Part shown: piece after piece, positions 45,466 through 55,200 of the stretch
Layout of the letters: each line of letters starts with the position of its first letter
Numbering within the stretch: position 1 is the first letter of the stretch
From: Candidatus Pacearchaeota archaeon
Lineage (GTDB): Archaea > Nanobdellota > Nanobdellia > Pacearchaeales > GW2011-AR1
Length of the DNA: 64,000 bases
Direction of reading: 5' to 3'
Assembly (NCBI GenBank): GCA_017609405.1
Contig: JAFCDZ010000001.1
Coordinates: 98,561 to 162,560, forward strand
The notes under the pieces: model-generated
Databases searched by the model: none
The model's input: only the letters and a program-made list of their open reading frames with translations
What the model was told of the DNA's origin: nothing
Program-made: the position numbers and the translations under genes

Positions 45466-46503
45466 TCACTCGTCAGGATAAGCTTTTTCAGCAATTTTCA
45501 ATAACTTATCTTTTGCTTTATCATGAATGGGTTTTATTAATAAATAAATCTCTTCTGCAACTGCATTTTTAATATCCAAAGGATGGATTTTCTTTTCAAG
45601 ATAATCTTTTTCAAGTTCTTCATAAGAAGAATACTCTAAATCTCCTCCATATTTTTCTTCTCTTTTTACAATAAACTTTTCCCCTTTATCCTGCTTTAAA
45701 GTAAAAATAACATATTTTAAAAAAGCCATAACACCATTATCTGGATCTCCAGCAACCATTTCTGCATTTTTCAACTTGCGCTTTATTGTTTCTTCATCAT
45801 CTAAAATATCAATCTTAGAATTTTTGTCTGAAGAACTCATTTTCTTACCTATTAATCCAGGAATAAGAGGGTTAATAATCTCCACCCTTTTTTTATAACC
45901 TAACTTTGGGAGAAATTCTCTTGCTAAAACCATTATTTTTCTTTGGTCAGAACCCCCTAATTGAGCATCAACTTCCAGATATTGCTCGTCTAAAGCCTGC
46001 ATTAGAGGATAAATTAATCCAGAAAGTCTTGCACTATCTCCCTCAACATTTTTAACAACCTCTGCAGCTGCTTTTCTTGAGTCTCTTATAGAAACTAAAC
46101 TTGAAAGTTTCAATAAATCAAAAGCAAACTCTGGTTTAAGCTGATAATCTGAGCCACGAATAATCTCAAGATTTTTAATATCAACACCCATTGCTTCAAT
46201 CATTAAAGGAATTATTTCTTTATAATATTCATATCTATGTTCAAGCAAGTTCCAAGGAGTATTATCCAAAGCAGCATGTAAATCTGCTAAAAGAATTTTT
46301 ACTTTAAATCCTGCCTTTAATAAATCAGCAATTTTCAAAAAAGGAAATAAATAACCTACGTGAGGTCTTCCAGTAGGAGCAGTTCCCCAATAAATGACTG
46401 GTTGCTCTTTCTCAGATAACAACTTTTTGAGCTCTTCCTCTTCAATAATTTCCTCAGTATTTCTTTTGATTAATTCAAATCTCTCTTCAACACTTAATTC
46501 CAT
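45466..46503 (-). CDS. tyrS: tyrosyl-tRNA synthetase (archaeal/eukaryotic type)
   Basis: IYWGTAPTGRPHVGYLFPFLKIADLLKAGFKVKILLADLHAALDN closely parallels eukaryotic/archaeal TyrRS. KMSSS loop present. Confidence 0.9.
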   Translation of the reverse strand: MELSVEERFELIKRNTEEIIEEEELKKLLSEKEQPVIYWGTAPTGRPHVGYLFPFLKIADLLKAGFKVKILLADLHAALDNTPWNLLEHRYEYYKEIIPLMIEAMGVDIKNLEIIRGSDYQLKPEFAFDLLKLSSLVSIRDSRKAAAEVVKNVEGDSARLSGLIYPLMQALDEQYLEVDAQLGGSDQRKIMVLAREFLPKLGYKKRVEIINPLIPGLIGKKMSSSDKNSKIDILDDEETIKRKLKNAEMVAGDPDNGVMAFLKYVIFTLKQDKGEKFIVKREEKYGGDLEYSSYEELEKDYLEKKIHPLDIKNAVAEEIYLLIKPIHDKAKDKLLKIAEKAYPDE

Positions 46504-46578
46504 AAAAAAGTAAAGAAATAAGAGTTATTAAATTTTTAGGTTCTTTGATGAGAGTTAATTTATAAAATAAATTAATGT

Positions 46579-48057
46579 TTAGTTTGGTGGTGAGCAACAT
46601 AGACAATATAAATCAGTATCTAAAATCTTAGTTGAACTTCCCATTAGATCTTTTGCCCTTTCAAAACCATTTTCATCACATGAGATCATTAAATTCACAC
46701 TATCTAAATCATTTGAAACAGAAATATTTAAATCTTCTCTATTAAATTCTCTTTGGAAACTATCAATTCTAACTTGTGAGAGAATACATTTTTTATTACC
46801 ACATATATCATTACAGGTAGAATCTGCATTTAAACTTGTTCTTAGTTCACAGCTATTCAACATCTCCAAAACACCTTGATATGTCACACCTTTGCTAGAT
46901 AAACCACCACCTCCTGAACTACCCCCTCCGTTATTATTACTAATAAGTAATGTTATATTTAATAGAACATAAGAAGGGAGACCCTCTTTTGAGGAGTAAT
47001 TTATATCCAAAACATCTATAATATAAAAAAGGTCTTTTGATGAATTGTAAAGATATTTATCCCCTTCACGAAGAGAATAAGAAGAAACTAATTGATTATC
47101 ACGATACTCTTTTACAGATAATTTAATCCTATCATTATCAGAGTACAAAGGTTTGACTAAAAAATAAGAAGCATGTTTATCATATATAATTAAATTATAA
47201 CCCACATCAAAAAGTTTAATATTCAATAAAATTCCTTTAGAAAATTCATCATTACTAACAACTCTAAATTTATTTATACACATTAAATGTTTATCAAAAA
47301 CATTAGGATTTTCTGATAAAAGAATTAAAGTCTTATTATAATAATAAATATCATATATATAAAATGAAATATCTTTAAAAGAAATTGAGTCTCCTTTCTC
47401 AGCACCATCTTTTATTGTTACCCAATTGCCATTTTTCATGTATTGAATATCACATTTAGGGGTATCAGCATCAATCTTAAAATCAGTAGCTCTAAAGATA
47501 TCATAAGCATCATCTAAATGAACAATAAAAGCATTACAATAATCTGCACTAAAATAATATAATTCAAAATCTTTTTTAACACATTTTTTAATAACATTAT
47601 TCCAAACCTTTCCCTCAGGACAAGCATTTACTTTAAGAACAAGACCATCAATATTAGAATAAAAAGCATAATAATTTCCTTTATACAAAATACTCTGATT
47701 ATTAAGTTTTCTATAATTATAAATATATTTTCCTCTATGTGAACTAGGATTCCATTCCCAAATATAACGAATAGTATGATTGTATTGTTTTAATGTTGGA
47801 AAAAGATCATAATCTTCATCATTCCAAACATAATAATAATTCCACCCCCTGCTTAAATTAATACCTTCTCTTAAATCAAAAAGAGAAATTTGCTTATATC
47901 CTACATTAACACTATTTCCCGTTATAGCATTACCTGAAATTGTTGGGGGCTCTGGAACATAACCAGAAAAATACATAAGAACCCCTAACACCACTAAAAT
48001 AAGAGTTATAATTACGACCCAAAAGAGTATTCTTTTTTCACCTTCTTTTAAATCCAT
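46579..48057 (-). CDS. hypothetical N-terminally anchored extracellular protein
   Basis: 492 aa with one TM segment near the N-terminus, an internal NNNGGGSSGGGG linker and a Cys-rich C-terminal module. Confidence 0.55.
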   Translation of the reverse strand: MDLKEGEKRILFWVVIITLILVVLGVLMYFSGYVPEPPTISGNAITGNSVNVGYKQISLFDLREGINLSRGWNYYYVWNDEDYDLFPTLKQYNHTIRYIWEWNPSSHRGKYIYNYRKLNNQSILYKGNYYAFYSNIDGLVLKVNACPEGKVWNNVIKKCVKKDFELYYFSADYCNAFIVHLDDAYDIFRATDFKIDADTPKCDIQYMKNGNWVTIKDGAEKGDSISFKDISFYIYDIYYYNKTLILLSENPNVFDKHLMCINKFRVVSNDEFSKGILLNIKLFDVGYNLIIYDKHASYFLVKPLYSDNDRIKLSVKEYRDNQLVSSYSLREGDKYLYNSSKDLFYIIDVLDINYSSKEGLPSYVLLNITLLISNNNGGGSSGGGGLSSKGVTYQGVLEMLNSCELRTSLNADSTCNDICGNKKCILSQVRIDSFQREFNREDLNISVSNDLDSVNLMISCDENGFERAKDLMGSSTKILDTDLYCLCCSPPN

Positions 48058-48218
48058 AAGTTTTATAATAAAAAAGGGTTTTTAAATATTTCGGTAAAAA
48101 AGCTATTAAAAATCTTAGAGTTAATAAGATAATTATTTGATTATTAGAGTTCAACAATAAAACTTTCCACCCAATCAAAAAAACAAAAAATTTATTAAAC
48201 ATTGCTAAAATATAAATT

Positions 48219-48272
48219 TATTAATCCATTAATATATATAAATAAAATTAATCCATTAATATATATAAATAA
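48219..48272. repeat. 27-bp tandem repeat, 2 copies
   Basis: ATTAATCCATTAATATATATAAATAAA occurs at 48219-48245 and 48246-48272, in a divergent intergenic region. Confidence 0.85.
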
Positions 48273-48446
48273 AATTTCCAACATAGCCAATCAAATCAAC
48301 AAATTTTTATCAAACAAGAATTCTTTTACTTGTTAAACACCGCCTTAAAATAATTTTCTTATTAATTCTCTAAAAAAATTTTCAAATAATCCTTAAAGGA
48401 ATAAAAAACAATAAAACAATAAAAACATCTTCTTCTTTAAATAAAC

Positions 48447-49640
48447 ATGTTAATTCAATTACTAATCTCACTCTTATTAGGAACTCTCGCAGGAACAATA
48501 ACAGGATTGATTCCTGGAATTCATATTAATTTAATTGGAGCATTATTAGTTTCACTCTCTTCCTCAGTTTTCAACAATATACTTCCAATTTATTTAATAG
48601 TCTTTATTGCTTCTATGGCAATAACACATACTTTTTTAGATTTTATTCCTTCTATTTTTTTAGGTTGCCCAGATACTGATACAGAGCTATCAACTTTGCC
48701 AGGGCATGAACTTTTAAAAAAAGGCCAGGGATATCAAGCAATTATTTTAACAGCTTATGGAAGTTTAGCTGCAATTTTTATTATAATACTAATTTCTTTT
48801 CCTTCAATTTTAATTATTAAAAAAACATATTCAATAATTCAAAAATTAATTCCTTTTTTATTGATTTTAATTTCTATATTCCTAATTTTTTCAGAGAAGA
48901 AAAAATTTTCAGCTTTGATAGTATTCCTTTTAACAGGAATTTTAGGTTTTAGTGTGTTAAATTTAGAATTAAAACAACCCCTGCTTCCACTTTTAACTGG
49001 TTTATTTGGCTCATCTATGCTAATTATTACAATCAAAAATAAAACTCAAATTCCTCCTCAAAAAATTGAAAAACCAAAAACAAAAATAACAAAGCCCCTT
49101 ATTGCTTCCCTAATCTCTGCTCCACTCTGCTCTTTTTTGCCTGGACTCGGTTCTGGCCAAGCAGCAATAATTGGAAGCACTATATTAAATAAAGACAATA
49201 AAAAACAATTTCTTATTCTTTTAGGAGCAACAAATACTCTTGTTATGGGTTTTTCATTTATCTCATTATACACTATAAACAAAACAAGAACTGGAGCTGC
49301 AAAAGCAATTCAAGAAATTTTTCCAATAATACAATTAAAAACTCTGATTTTGCTTTTAATAATTATTTTTCTATCTGGAATTATTTCATTTTATCTAACA
49401 ATTAAAATTGCGAAATTTTTTTCTTTAAAAATACATAAAACAAATTATACTTTCTTATCAATTTTGACTTTATTGATTCTAATAATTGTTGTTTATTCTG
49501 TATCTGGAGCTTCTGGATTAATTATTCTTGTTATCTCCACTATAACAGGAATTTATTCAATTTCAACAGGAGTAAGAAGAACAAACATGATGGGCTCTCT
49601 GCTTCTTCCAACAATTATTTTTTATTTGAGAATATTTTAA
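48447..49640 (+). CDS. TctA/DUF112-like polytopic membrane transporter protein
   Basis: 397 aa, highly hydrophobic. GTLAGTITGLIPGIHINL and LPGLGSGQAAIIGS resemble TctA-family repeats. Confidence 0.6.
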   Translation: MLIQLLISLLLGTLAGTITGLIPGIHINLIGALLVSLSSSVFNNILPIYLIVFIASMAITHTFLDFIPSIFLGCPDTDTELSTLPGHELLKKGQGYQAIILTAYGSLAAIFIIILISFPSILIIKKTYSIIQKLIPFLLILISIFLIFSEKKKFSALIVFLLTGILGFSVLNLELKQPLLPLLTGLFGSSMLIITIKNKTQIPPQKIEKPKTKITKPLIASLISAPLCSFLPGLGSGQAAIIGSTILNKDNKKQFLILLGATNTLVMGFSFISLYTINKTRTGAAKAIQEIFPIIQLKTLILLLIIIFLSGIISFYLTIKIAKFFSLKIHKTNYTFLSILTLLILIIVVYSVSGASGLIILVISTITGIYSISTGVRRTNMMGSLLLPTIIFYLRIF

Positions 49641-50146
49641 GAATAAGAGTTTCTATCTAATTCTATTCGTTCTATTAAAGAATTAAAATCTCTTTGTATA
49701 CCTGGCTTTTCAAATCCATAAACAAAAAGATCCTTATTTTTTTTAGAAAGCTCTTCAGCAACATTTACTACATCATTATATCCACTACTAAAGATAAAAG
49801 GAATATCAGAAAGGCCTTCAAGAGATCTAACAGCAAAATAAAAGTCAACGCCACTCCTTATATTCCCAGAGATAAAAATAATTTCTTTATTAAAATCAAA
49901 ACACCTATTTCCTAAATTAGCCATAATAAATTTAGGAATCGAATTTCTTCCAAGAAAACTTTTCAAATAATTAAAGCCCCTCATATAAGAACCAAAAGAA
50001 CTTACAGAATATTCTAAACATTTAAACCATCTTGAAAAAATATTTCGGACAGAATCATTAGTCTCAACCAAAACAACATCAGAAATCCCTTCAATAGAAG
50101 GGATGTTTTCTCTTCCAGAACCTTGAATTGATGACAAACAATCCAT
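49637..50146 (-). CDS. CheY-like receiver-domain-like protein, phosphoacceptor apparently Asn
   Basis: Receiver-like beta/alpha pattern: VVLVETND, PKFIMANLGN (Asn at the expected Asp), IPFIFSSGY, FVYGFEKP (K-P). No output domain and no kinase nearby. Confidence 0.4.
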   Translation of the reverse strand: MDCLSSIQGSGRENIPSIEGISDVVLVETNDSVRNIFSRWFKCLEYSVSSFGSYMRGFNYLKSFLGRNSIPKFIMANLGNRCFDFNKEIIFISGNIRSGVDFYFAVRSLEGLSDIPFIFSSGYNDVVNVAEELSKKNKDLFVYGFEKPGIQRDFNSLIERIELDRNSYS

Positions 50147-50228
50147 TTATTTATCCTCCAAAAAACAATAAGAAAAAATTCTTTAAAAATATTTCTTTAT
50201 AAAAAAGAATGTTTCAAAAAACAAGAGC

Positions 50229-53200
50229 TTAAAACCACTTTTGAAGAGCTTCTTGTTTTTCTTCTTCTTTTCCAAAAATTTCATCAATGAATCTTCGAAC
50301 TAACTCAAGATTTTGTTGTAAATAAGAAGATAAAAGATATTTTTTAGATAAAAAAACAGCCAAATCAAGATATTTTTTAATCCCTCCCTCATTAATTGTA
50401 AAGATTATTTTTCCGCCGCATTTTTCACAAACACCTTTTAATGGAACTCTTCTATAAATCTCATTACATTTCACACACCTGAAGTTTTGTTGAGAAAATT
50501 TTCTTAAATTACCTCTTAAATCCCTTAAAAAATGCCTCTCAATTATCAAACGAGCAACATCTGCTTCATCAACAGCCCTTATTTTTTCTACCAAAGTCAT
50601 TTGATGTTCAACCTTTTCCTGCATAGTACCTAATAATTTATAAGAAGAACATAAAACACCTTTATTAAAATTAGATGTATCATGAGTAAATCCAATATTA
50701 ACAAAAGGGTCAAGACCTTCTTTTAAAATTTTTTTAACAGTCATAATACTTTCAACCTCAGAAGAGTGAAGCCTCTGCTCTGCTTTTTGATATAATTCAA
50801 GAGGATATTCATCAGCAAACTCTAAATCAAGAATCTGGTCATCTACCTCTCCAGCAGCAATATTTCCATTTAATACCAAAGGTGCATCTTGTGTTCCACC
50901 TCGATGGTCAGGTAAAAACTTTCTTGAAAAATTAATTAATACATCTAATAAAAGCATAACTGCTGCTTCATCCCCATCACAATCTCTTCTTATTGCTGCA
51001 TGCATATAAGGGCTTGCTAATAAACTCTGTGTCTTTGAAAATCCAATAAACCTGCAAATAACACCTGCACAATTATGAGGAGCCATGACAACACCTAATT
51101 TCCCAATTAAGTCATCTTTTGTTTTTATATTATAAAAAGGAGAAATCTTGTAAAAGCGAACTAAAAGCTCATCAACAAAATTAGCAATTCTAACAAAAAC
51201 ATCATCAGCTTTTTCATCAGGAGAATCAGGACAAGAGGGAAGAATAACATCATGAGGCATTAATTCAAGAATCTGGTCATCACTAATAAGTTCTTTTCCA
51301 TGAATATCTTTTTCATAACCAAGTGTTCTCAATTTTTCAACTGAGACACCAACTTCTTTTGGTTTAAAATGCGTAATAGGTAATTCAGTAGCATCCATTC
51401 TTACAGTTCCATCTTTATTAACAGGAAGATTATATTTTGCCCTTAAAATTCCCTTAGCAAGGTTTTCTAAAATATGGTTTTCTGAAGTAGTTCCTCTAAC
51501 ACCTTTAATTAGTTCTGGAAGCTCAGACCTCTCCATCCCTAATCTTTTCAAAGCAGAATCAAGATAATAATTAATATTTATTGAATTATAAGCACTTTTT
51601 GAAACAACCCCCTCTTTAATTTCAATTTCTTTTAAAACAGTTCTGTTTCCGCATTTTTCACAGTAAGGATAAATTGTATTGTTTCCGCATTTTTCACAGT
51701 AAAATAAAGGAAATTCAGAACTAACTTTTCCAATTTCACAAGCAGCACCAATACTCCTTAATCTCCCGCCTTCCCCTCCAACAGGAAAAAGAACATTTGG
51801 AGTTCCAGTAAGTTTTCTTAACTTTGCTTTTTCAGGTCTACCCATTCTTGTTCCAATAAAATCACCAGCCTTATCTTTAATCTCAACTGGACAGAGATCA
51901 TTAATAATATCAAGAACATTTTCTTTATCAGAATTAAAATTTTTTAATTTACCTAAACCTTCGCTATCCAAACCCAAATTAAACAATAAAGCTTTAGTAT
52001 TAACCTTATCAATAACAATATTCTCAATTACAACTTTATGAGGAATGCCTAAGAGTTCAAGAGCCCGCTTACCTAAAGAAAAAGATTCTCTAAAATCAGA
52101 ACTAAAAGGAAGAACTAATCTCCCATCTACAACTTTTGACTTAGAAATCCATTTTAATAAATTAAAAAACTGCTCTTTTGAAATTTCTGTCCAATAAAAA
52201 ATATATTTTGGATAAAGAGGTATCTTATATTTTTTACTTAATTCGACTGCTTTTTCAAAATCAACATTAAAAATATCAAGGTTTTTTTCTTCTTCAGGTG
52301 CTTCTTCTCTTAATTCAAGTTTCCACCACTCTTCCACATAACCTGGCTTTAATAATTGATAATTTCTATTAAGAACATCACTATATGGAAAAAGAATATC
52401 TCCTAAGTAAATTATTTCTTCAACATCTTTATAGATTTTTCTTGCCTCATCAAAATCTGAGAGCTTAACTACACTTCCATCTTTTAATTTTACAATCGGT
52501 CCTTCTATAGTATCACAAGAAGAAATTGCACATCCTTTTGTTGGCTTTTCTATTTTTAATTGTGTCCCAATAGCAATAAAATCATCAGTAATAGCCATTG
52601 TTGCTGGATGAATTGAAGCAGCACTAAAACCACTAACTCTGCTTCTGCCATACCTAAATCTAAAAGCACCTGAACGAGAAGGGTGTCCATAAACAGGCCT
52701 ACCAGCAACTAAATCTTTTATATATGTTGGCGGACCAGAACTGCTTTTTCCAACATTTCTTTTTTCATGCAACTCTATATATTCATCTAAGAAATCCCAA
52801 CCTGCAGCTTTAATTCCATTTTTCTTTGCATTATTTAATAACCTAAACCCTTTTGCAGCTTTCTGAGCCAAACCTTCTGAAAAAATAAGGCACATACCAC
52901 CTCTAATATAATTTGTCTCAACCCTTTCAAGATTTTTATAATTAGAAACCTCTAATTTCTCTGTAGGATCACCATCAATTTGTATAGGTAAATTTTTTGC
53001 TAAAAAAGTCATCTCCTCTTCTGTAGGAAAATATTGTAAATTAGTAACTCTTTCATGATAATCTGTATTTTCTGTAACATATCTCTTTATTTCTTCTTCT
53101 GTAGGGTCATATTTTGCGTAACCAAAAAGCTCTCTTAGATAATCAATTAAAAGAAGAACAAGACAGGATGCAGTTGTACCTGCTGAACGAATTGGACCAG

Positions 53201-53660
53201 AAAAATATGCTTTAAGATATTCCTTTCCATCCCTTGTCTTCCCAACCTTCAATCCTGTAAATCCTTCAATAGGAGAAGCAACAACACCAAGAGTAATATA
53301 AGAAAAACCAACTCTAATTCCTGCATCAATTGCTTCTAAAACAGAATCAAATTTACAAAATTTTTGTTTTGCCACTTCTTCGGCAATTTTAAAAACAATT
53401 GTAGAATCTAACTGTCCATATTCTTTTTCTAATTCAAGAATTCTATTAACAACACCAGAATCATTTAATTGAGGGTAAATTGTAGCAACTAAACCAACAC
53501 TTTTTTCAGCTAAACTTTTAGCAAGAGGAATCTCTATATCAGTACTTGGATCTAAACCAATTGCTTTAACTTTCTTTGCTAAATCATAAATTTTTTCAAT
53601 ATCTTTATGAAAATCTTCAAAATATTTTTTTGTTTTTTCTGTATAGCCCATTTTATTCAA
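50229..53660 (-). CDS. dp2: DNA polymerase D large (catalytic) subunit DP2
   Basis: 1143 aa. N-terminus YFEDFHKDIEKIYDLAKKVKAIGLDPSTDIEIPLAKSLAEK, multiple CxxC zinc modules and the conserved GDEAAVMLL region. The length argues against inteins. Confidence 0.92.
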   Translation of the reverse strand: MNKMGYTEKTKKYFEDFHKDIEKIYDLAKKVKAIGLDPSTDIEIPLAKSLAEKSVGLVATIYPQLNDSGVVNRILELEKEYGQLDSTIVFKIAEEVAKQKFCKFDSVLEAIDAGIRVGFSYITLGVVASPIEGFTGLKVGKTRDGKEYLKAYFSGPIRSAGTTASCLVLLLIDYLRELFGYAKYDPTEEEIKRYVTENTDYHERVTNLQYFPTEEEMTFLAKNLPIQIDGDPTEKLEVSNYKNLERVETNYIRGGMCLIFSEGLAQKAAKGFRLLNNAKKNGIKAAGWDFLDEYIELHEKRNVGKSSSGPPTYIKDLVAGRPVYGHPSRSGAFRFRYGRSRVSGFSAASIHPATMAITDDFIAIGTQLKIEKPTKGCAISSCDTIEGPIVKLKDGSVVKLSDFDEARKIYKDVEEIIYLGDILFPYSDVLNRNYQLLKPGYVEEWWKLELREEAPEEEKNLDIFNVDFEKAVELSKKYKIPLYPKYIFYWTEISKEQFFNLLKWISKSKVVDGRLVLPFSSDFRESFSLGKRALELLGIPHKVVIENIVIDKVNTKALLFNLGLDSEGLGKLKNFNSDKENVLDIINDLCPVEIKDKAGDFIGTRMGRPEKAKLRKLTGTPNVLFPVGGEGGRLRSIGAACEIGKVSSEFPLFYCEKCGNNTIYPYCEKCGNRTVLKEIEIKEGVVSKSAYNSININYYLDSALKRLGMERSELPELIKGVRGTTSENHILENLAKGILRAKYNLPVNKDGTVRMDATELPITHFKPKEVGVSVEKLRTLGYEKDIHGKELISDDQILELMPHDVILPSCPDSPDEKADDVFVRIANFVDELLVRFYKISPFYNIKTKDDLIGKLGVVMAPHNCAGVICRFIGFSKTQSLLASPYMHAAIRRDCDGDEAAVMLLLDVLINFSRKFLPDHRGGTQDAPLVLNGNIAAGEVDDQILDLEFADEYPLELYQKAEQRLHSSEVESIMTVKKILKEGLDPFVNIGFTHDTSNFNKGVLCSSYKLLGTMQEKVEHQMTLVEKIRAVDEADVARLIIERHFLRDLRGNLRKFSQQNFRCVKCNEIYRRVPLKGVCEKCGGKIIFTINEGGIKKYLDLAVFLSKKYLLSSYLQQNLELVRRFIDEIFGKEEEKQEALQKWF

Positions 53661-55200
53661 AATCCAAAATTTTCACCTCACCTGTTTTTAAATTTAATAG
53701 AGGAACCTTACAATGATCAGGTATGTTTCCAAACTTCTCCTGATAAGGTGTCATTGCTTCCCAACAAGAAGTAGATACAATTAAAATTTTATTGTAAGAA
53801 GTAACACCACATTTATGAGTGTGTGCAGAAACAAAAATATCAGGAACTTTTTTTATAACAAGATTATCTTTTTCAGTAGGATAATATTGTGTAGACCCAT
53901 GTGCTGGAGCAAGATGTCTATTTTTAAGTAAATATTTCATTATCTCTTCTGGAGAATTCATAGCTTTTTTTTGAACAAGATAGGGAATATTATTGGCATA
54001 GTATGGATAACTAAACCCATGATAAGCCAGAACATCAAACCCTTTAAAACCATCATAACTACCAATATTCACAAACGCAGGATTTGTTGTAATAATAACA
54101 TTATCCATTTGATATAAAGCCCATGCAAATTTTTCATCTAAAAGAGGTTGTGGCTCCATAAGTCTTGTTCCATCGTGATTTCCAGAAGAAAGAATTATCT
54201 TTATATGTTTTGGAATTTTTTCAAGATATCTTGCTAATTCTAAAAACTGTTCTTCTAAATCAGGAATAGCTAAATCTTGTTCTTGATTAGGATAATTACC
54301 AACACCTGCAACAAGATCGCCAACAACAAAAATATATTTAATTTTTTTAACCTCTTCAAAATTTTCAGGATGATTAAGATATTCAATAAACCTGTCAAAT
54401 TCTTTTCTTAAAAAGAGTTTACTCCCAAAATGCAAATCACCTAAAAATAAAACAATTTCTTCTTTTTCAGAGCGCTTTCTTTCTGGAAGAGTTGCATCTG
54501 GAAAAATAATTTCATTAGCAAAGAATATCTCTCTATTCCCTGAACCTTTGAAACCTAAAACAGAATCTAAAGAGATATTATCTGCAAGTTCATAAACTTC
54601 TTGCTTATTTTTATTAATTAAAACAAGTATCTTTCCAGTTAAGTCCTCTACTTCTAAGATAATATTTTGATTCTTTGATTTTCTTTTATCTTTTACCATA
54701 CCAATAATTGAAATATTTCTTGAATCATTAGATATTCTATTAATTGAAACCAGCTCATCTAATTCAGAATGCTCTTGCAAAATTCTTGATAAATTAATAA
54801 ATCTATCTCTAAAATAAGATACAAAATCAGAAACTTCTAATTTTTTTGATGGTGTGATATAATTCTCAACTACTTTCACTGTTGGTTCGTAGTTTTCTTG
54901 CTTTTTAATTTCAGGTTTTTTTGATATCTCAAGACTTAAGCCTAACTTCAATTTTATTTTTTCAATATTTTCAATATTAAAATTATCTGCAAAAGTATCT
55001 AAGATTCTTTGAATTTTTTCTTTATTATTTTCTATAACTTTTTTTGTTAAAATTTTTGAATTTGTCTGAATTCTTAAAGTTTCAATAATTTCTTTTGCAG
55101 TATTAGTATCAATCTCATAAAAAACATTTAAGATATCTTTATCTAATAAAAGCCCTTTTTTAGAGCAAAAGTTGAGGATCTCTCTAATATTATCATCCAT
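53653..55200 (-). CDS. dp1: DNA polymerase D small (exonuclease) subunit DP1
   Basis: OB-fold region plus calcineurin-like phosphoesterase motifs (LGDLHFGS, VVGDLVAG, SGNHD, SAHTH). Overlaps both neighbours. Confidence 0.9.
   Translation of the reverse strand: MDDNIREILNFCSKKGLLLDKDILNVFYEIDTNTAKEIIETLRIQTNSKILTKKVIENNKEKIQRILDTFADNFNIENIEKIKLKLGLSLEISKKPEIKKQENYEPTVKVVENYITPSKKLEVSDFVSYFRDRFINLSRILQEHSELDELVSINRISNDSRNISIIGMVKDKRKSKNQNIILEVEDLTGKILVLINKNKQEVYELADNISLDSVLGFKGSGNREIFFANEIIFPDATLPERKRSEKEEIVLFLGDLHFGSKLFLRKEFDRFIEYLNHPENFEEVKKIKYIFVVGDLVAGVGNYPNQEQDLAIPDLEEQFLELARYLEKIPKHIKIILSSGNHDGTRLMEPQPLLDEKFAWALYQMDNVIITTNPAFVNIGSYDGFKGFDVLAYHGFSYPYYANNIPYLVQKKAMNSPEEIMKYLLKNRHLAPAHGSTQYYPTEKDNLVIKKVPDIFVSAHTHKCGVTSYNKILIVSTSCWEAMTPYQEKFGNIPDHCKVPLLNLKTGEVKILDFE

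Noticed and set aside
50229-53660. Intein in PolD DP2
   Set aside because: The length of 1143 aa is at the short end for DP2, and I saw no intein block motifs.
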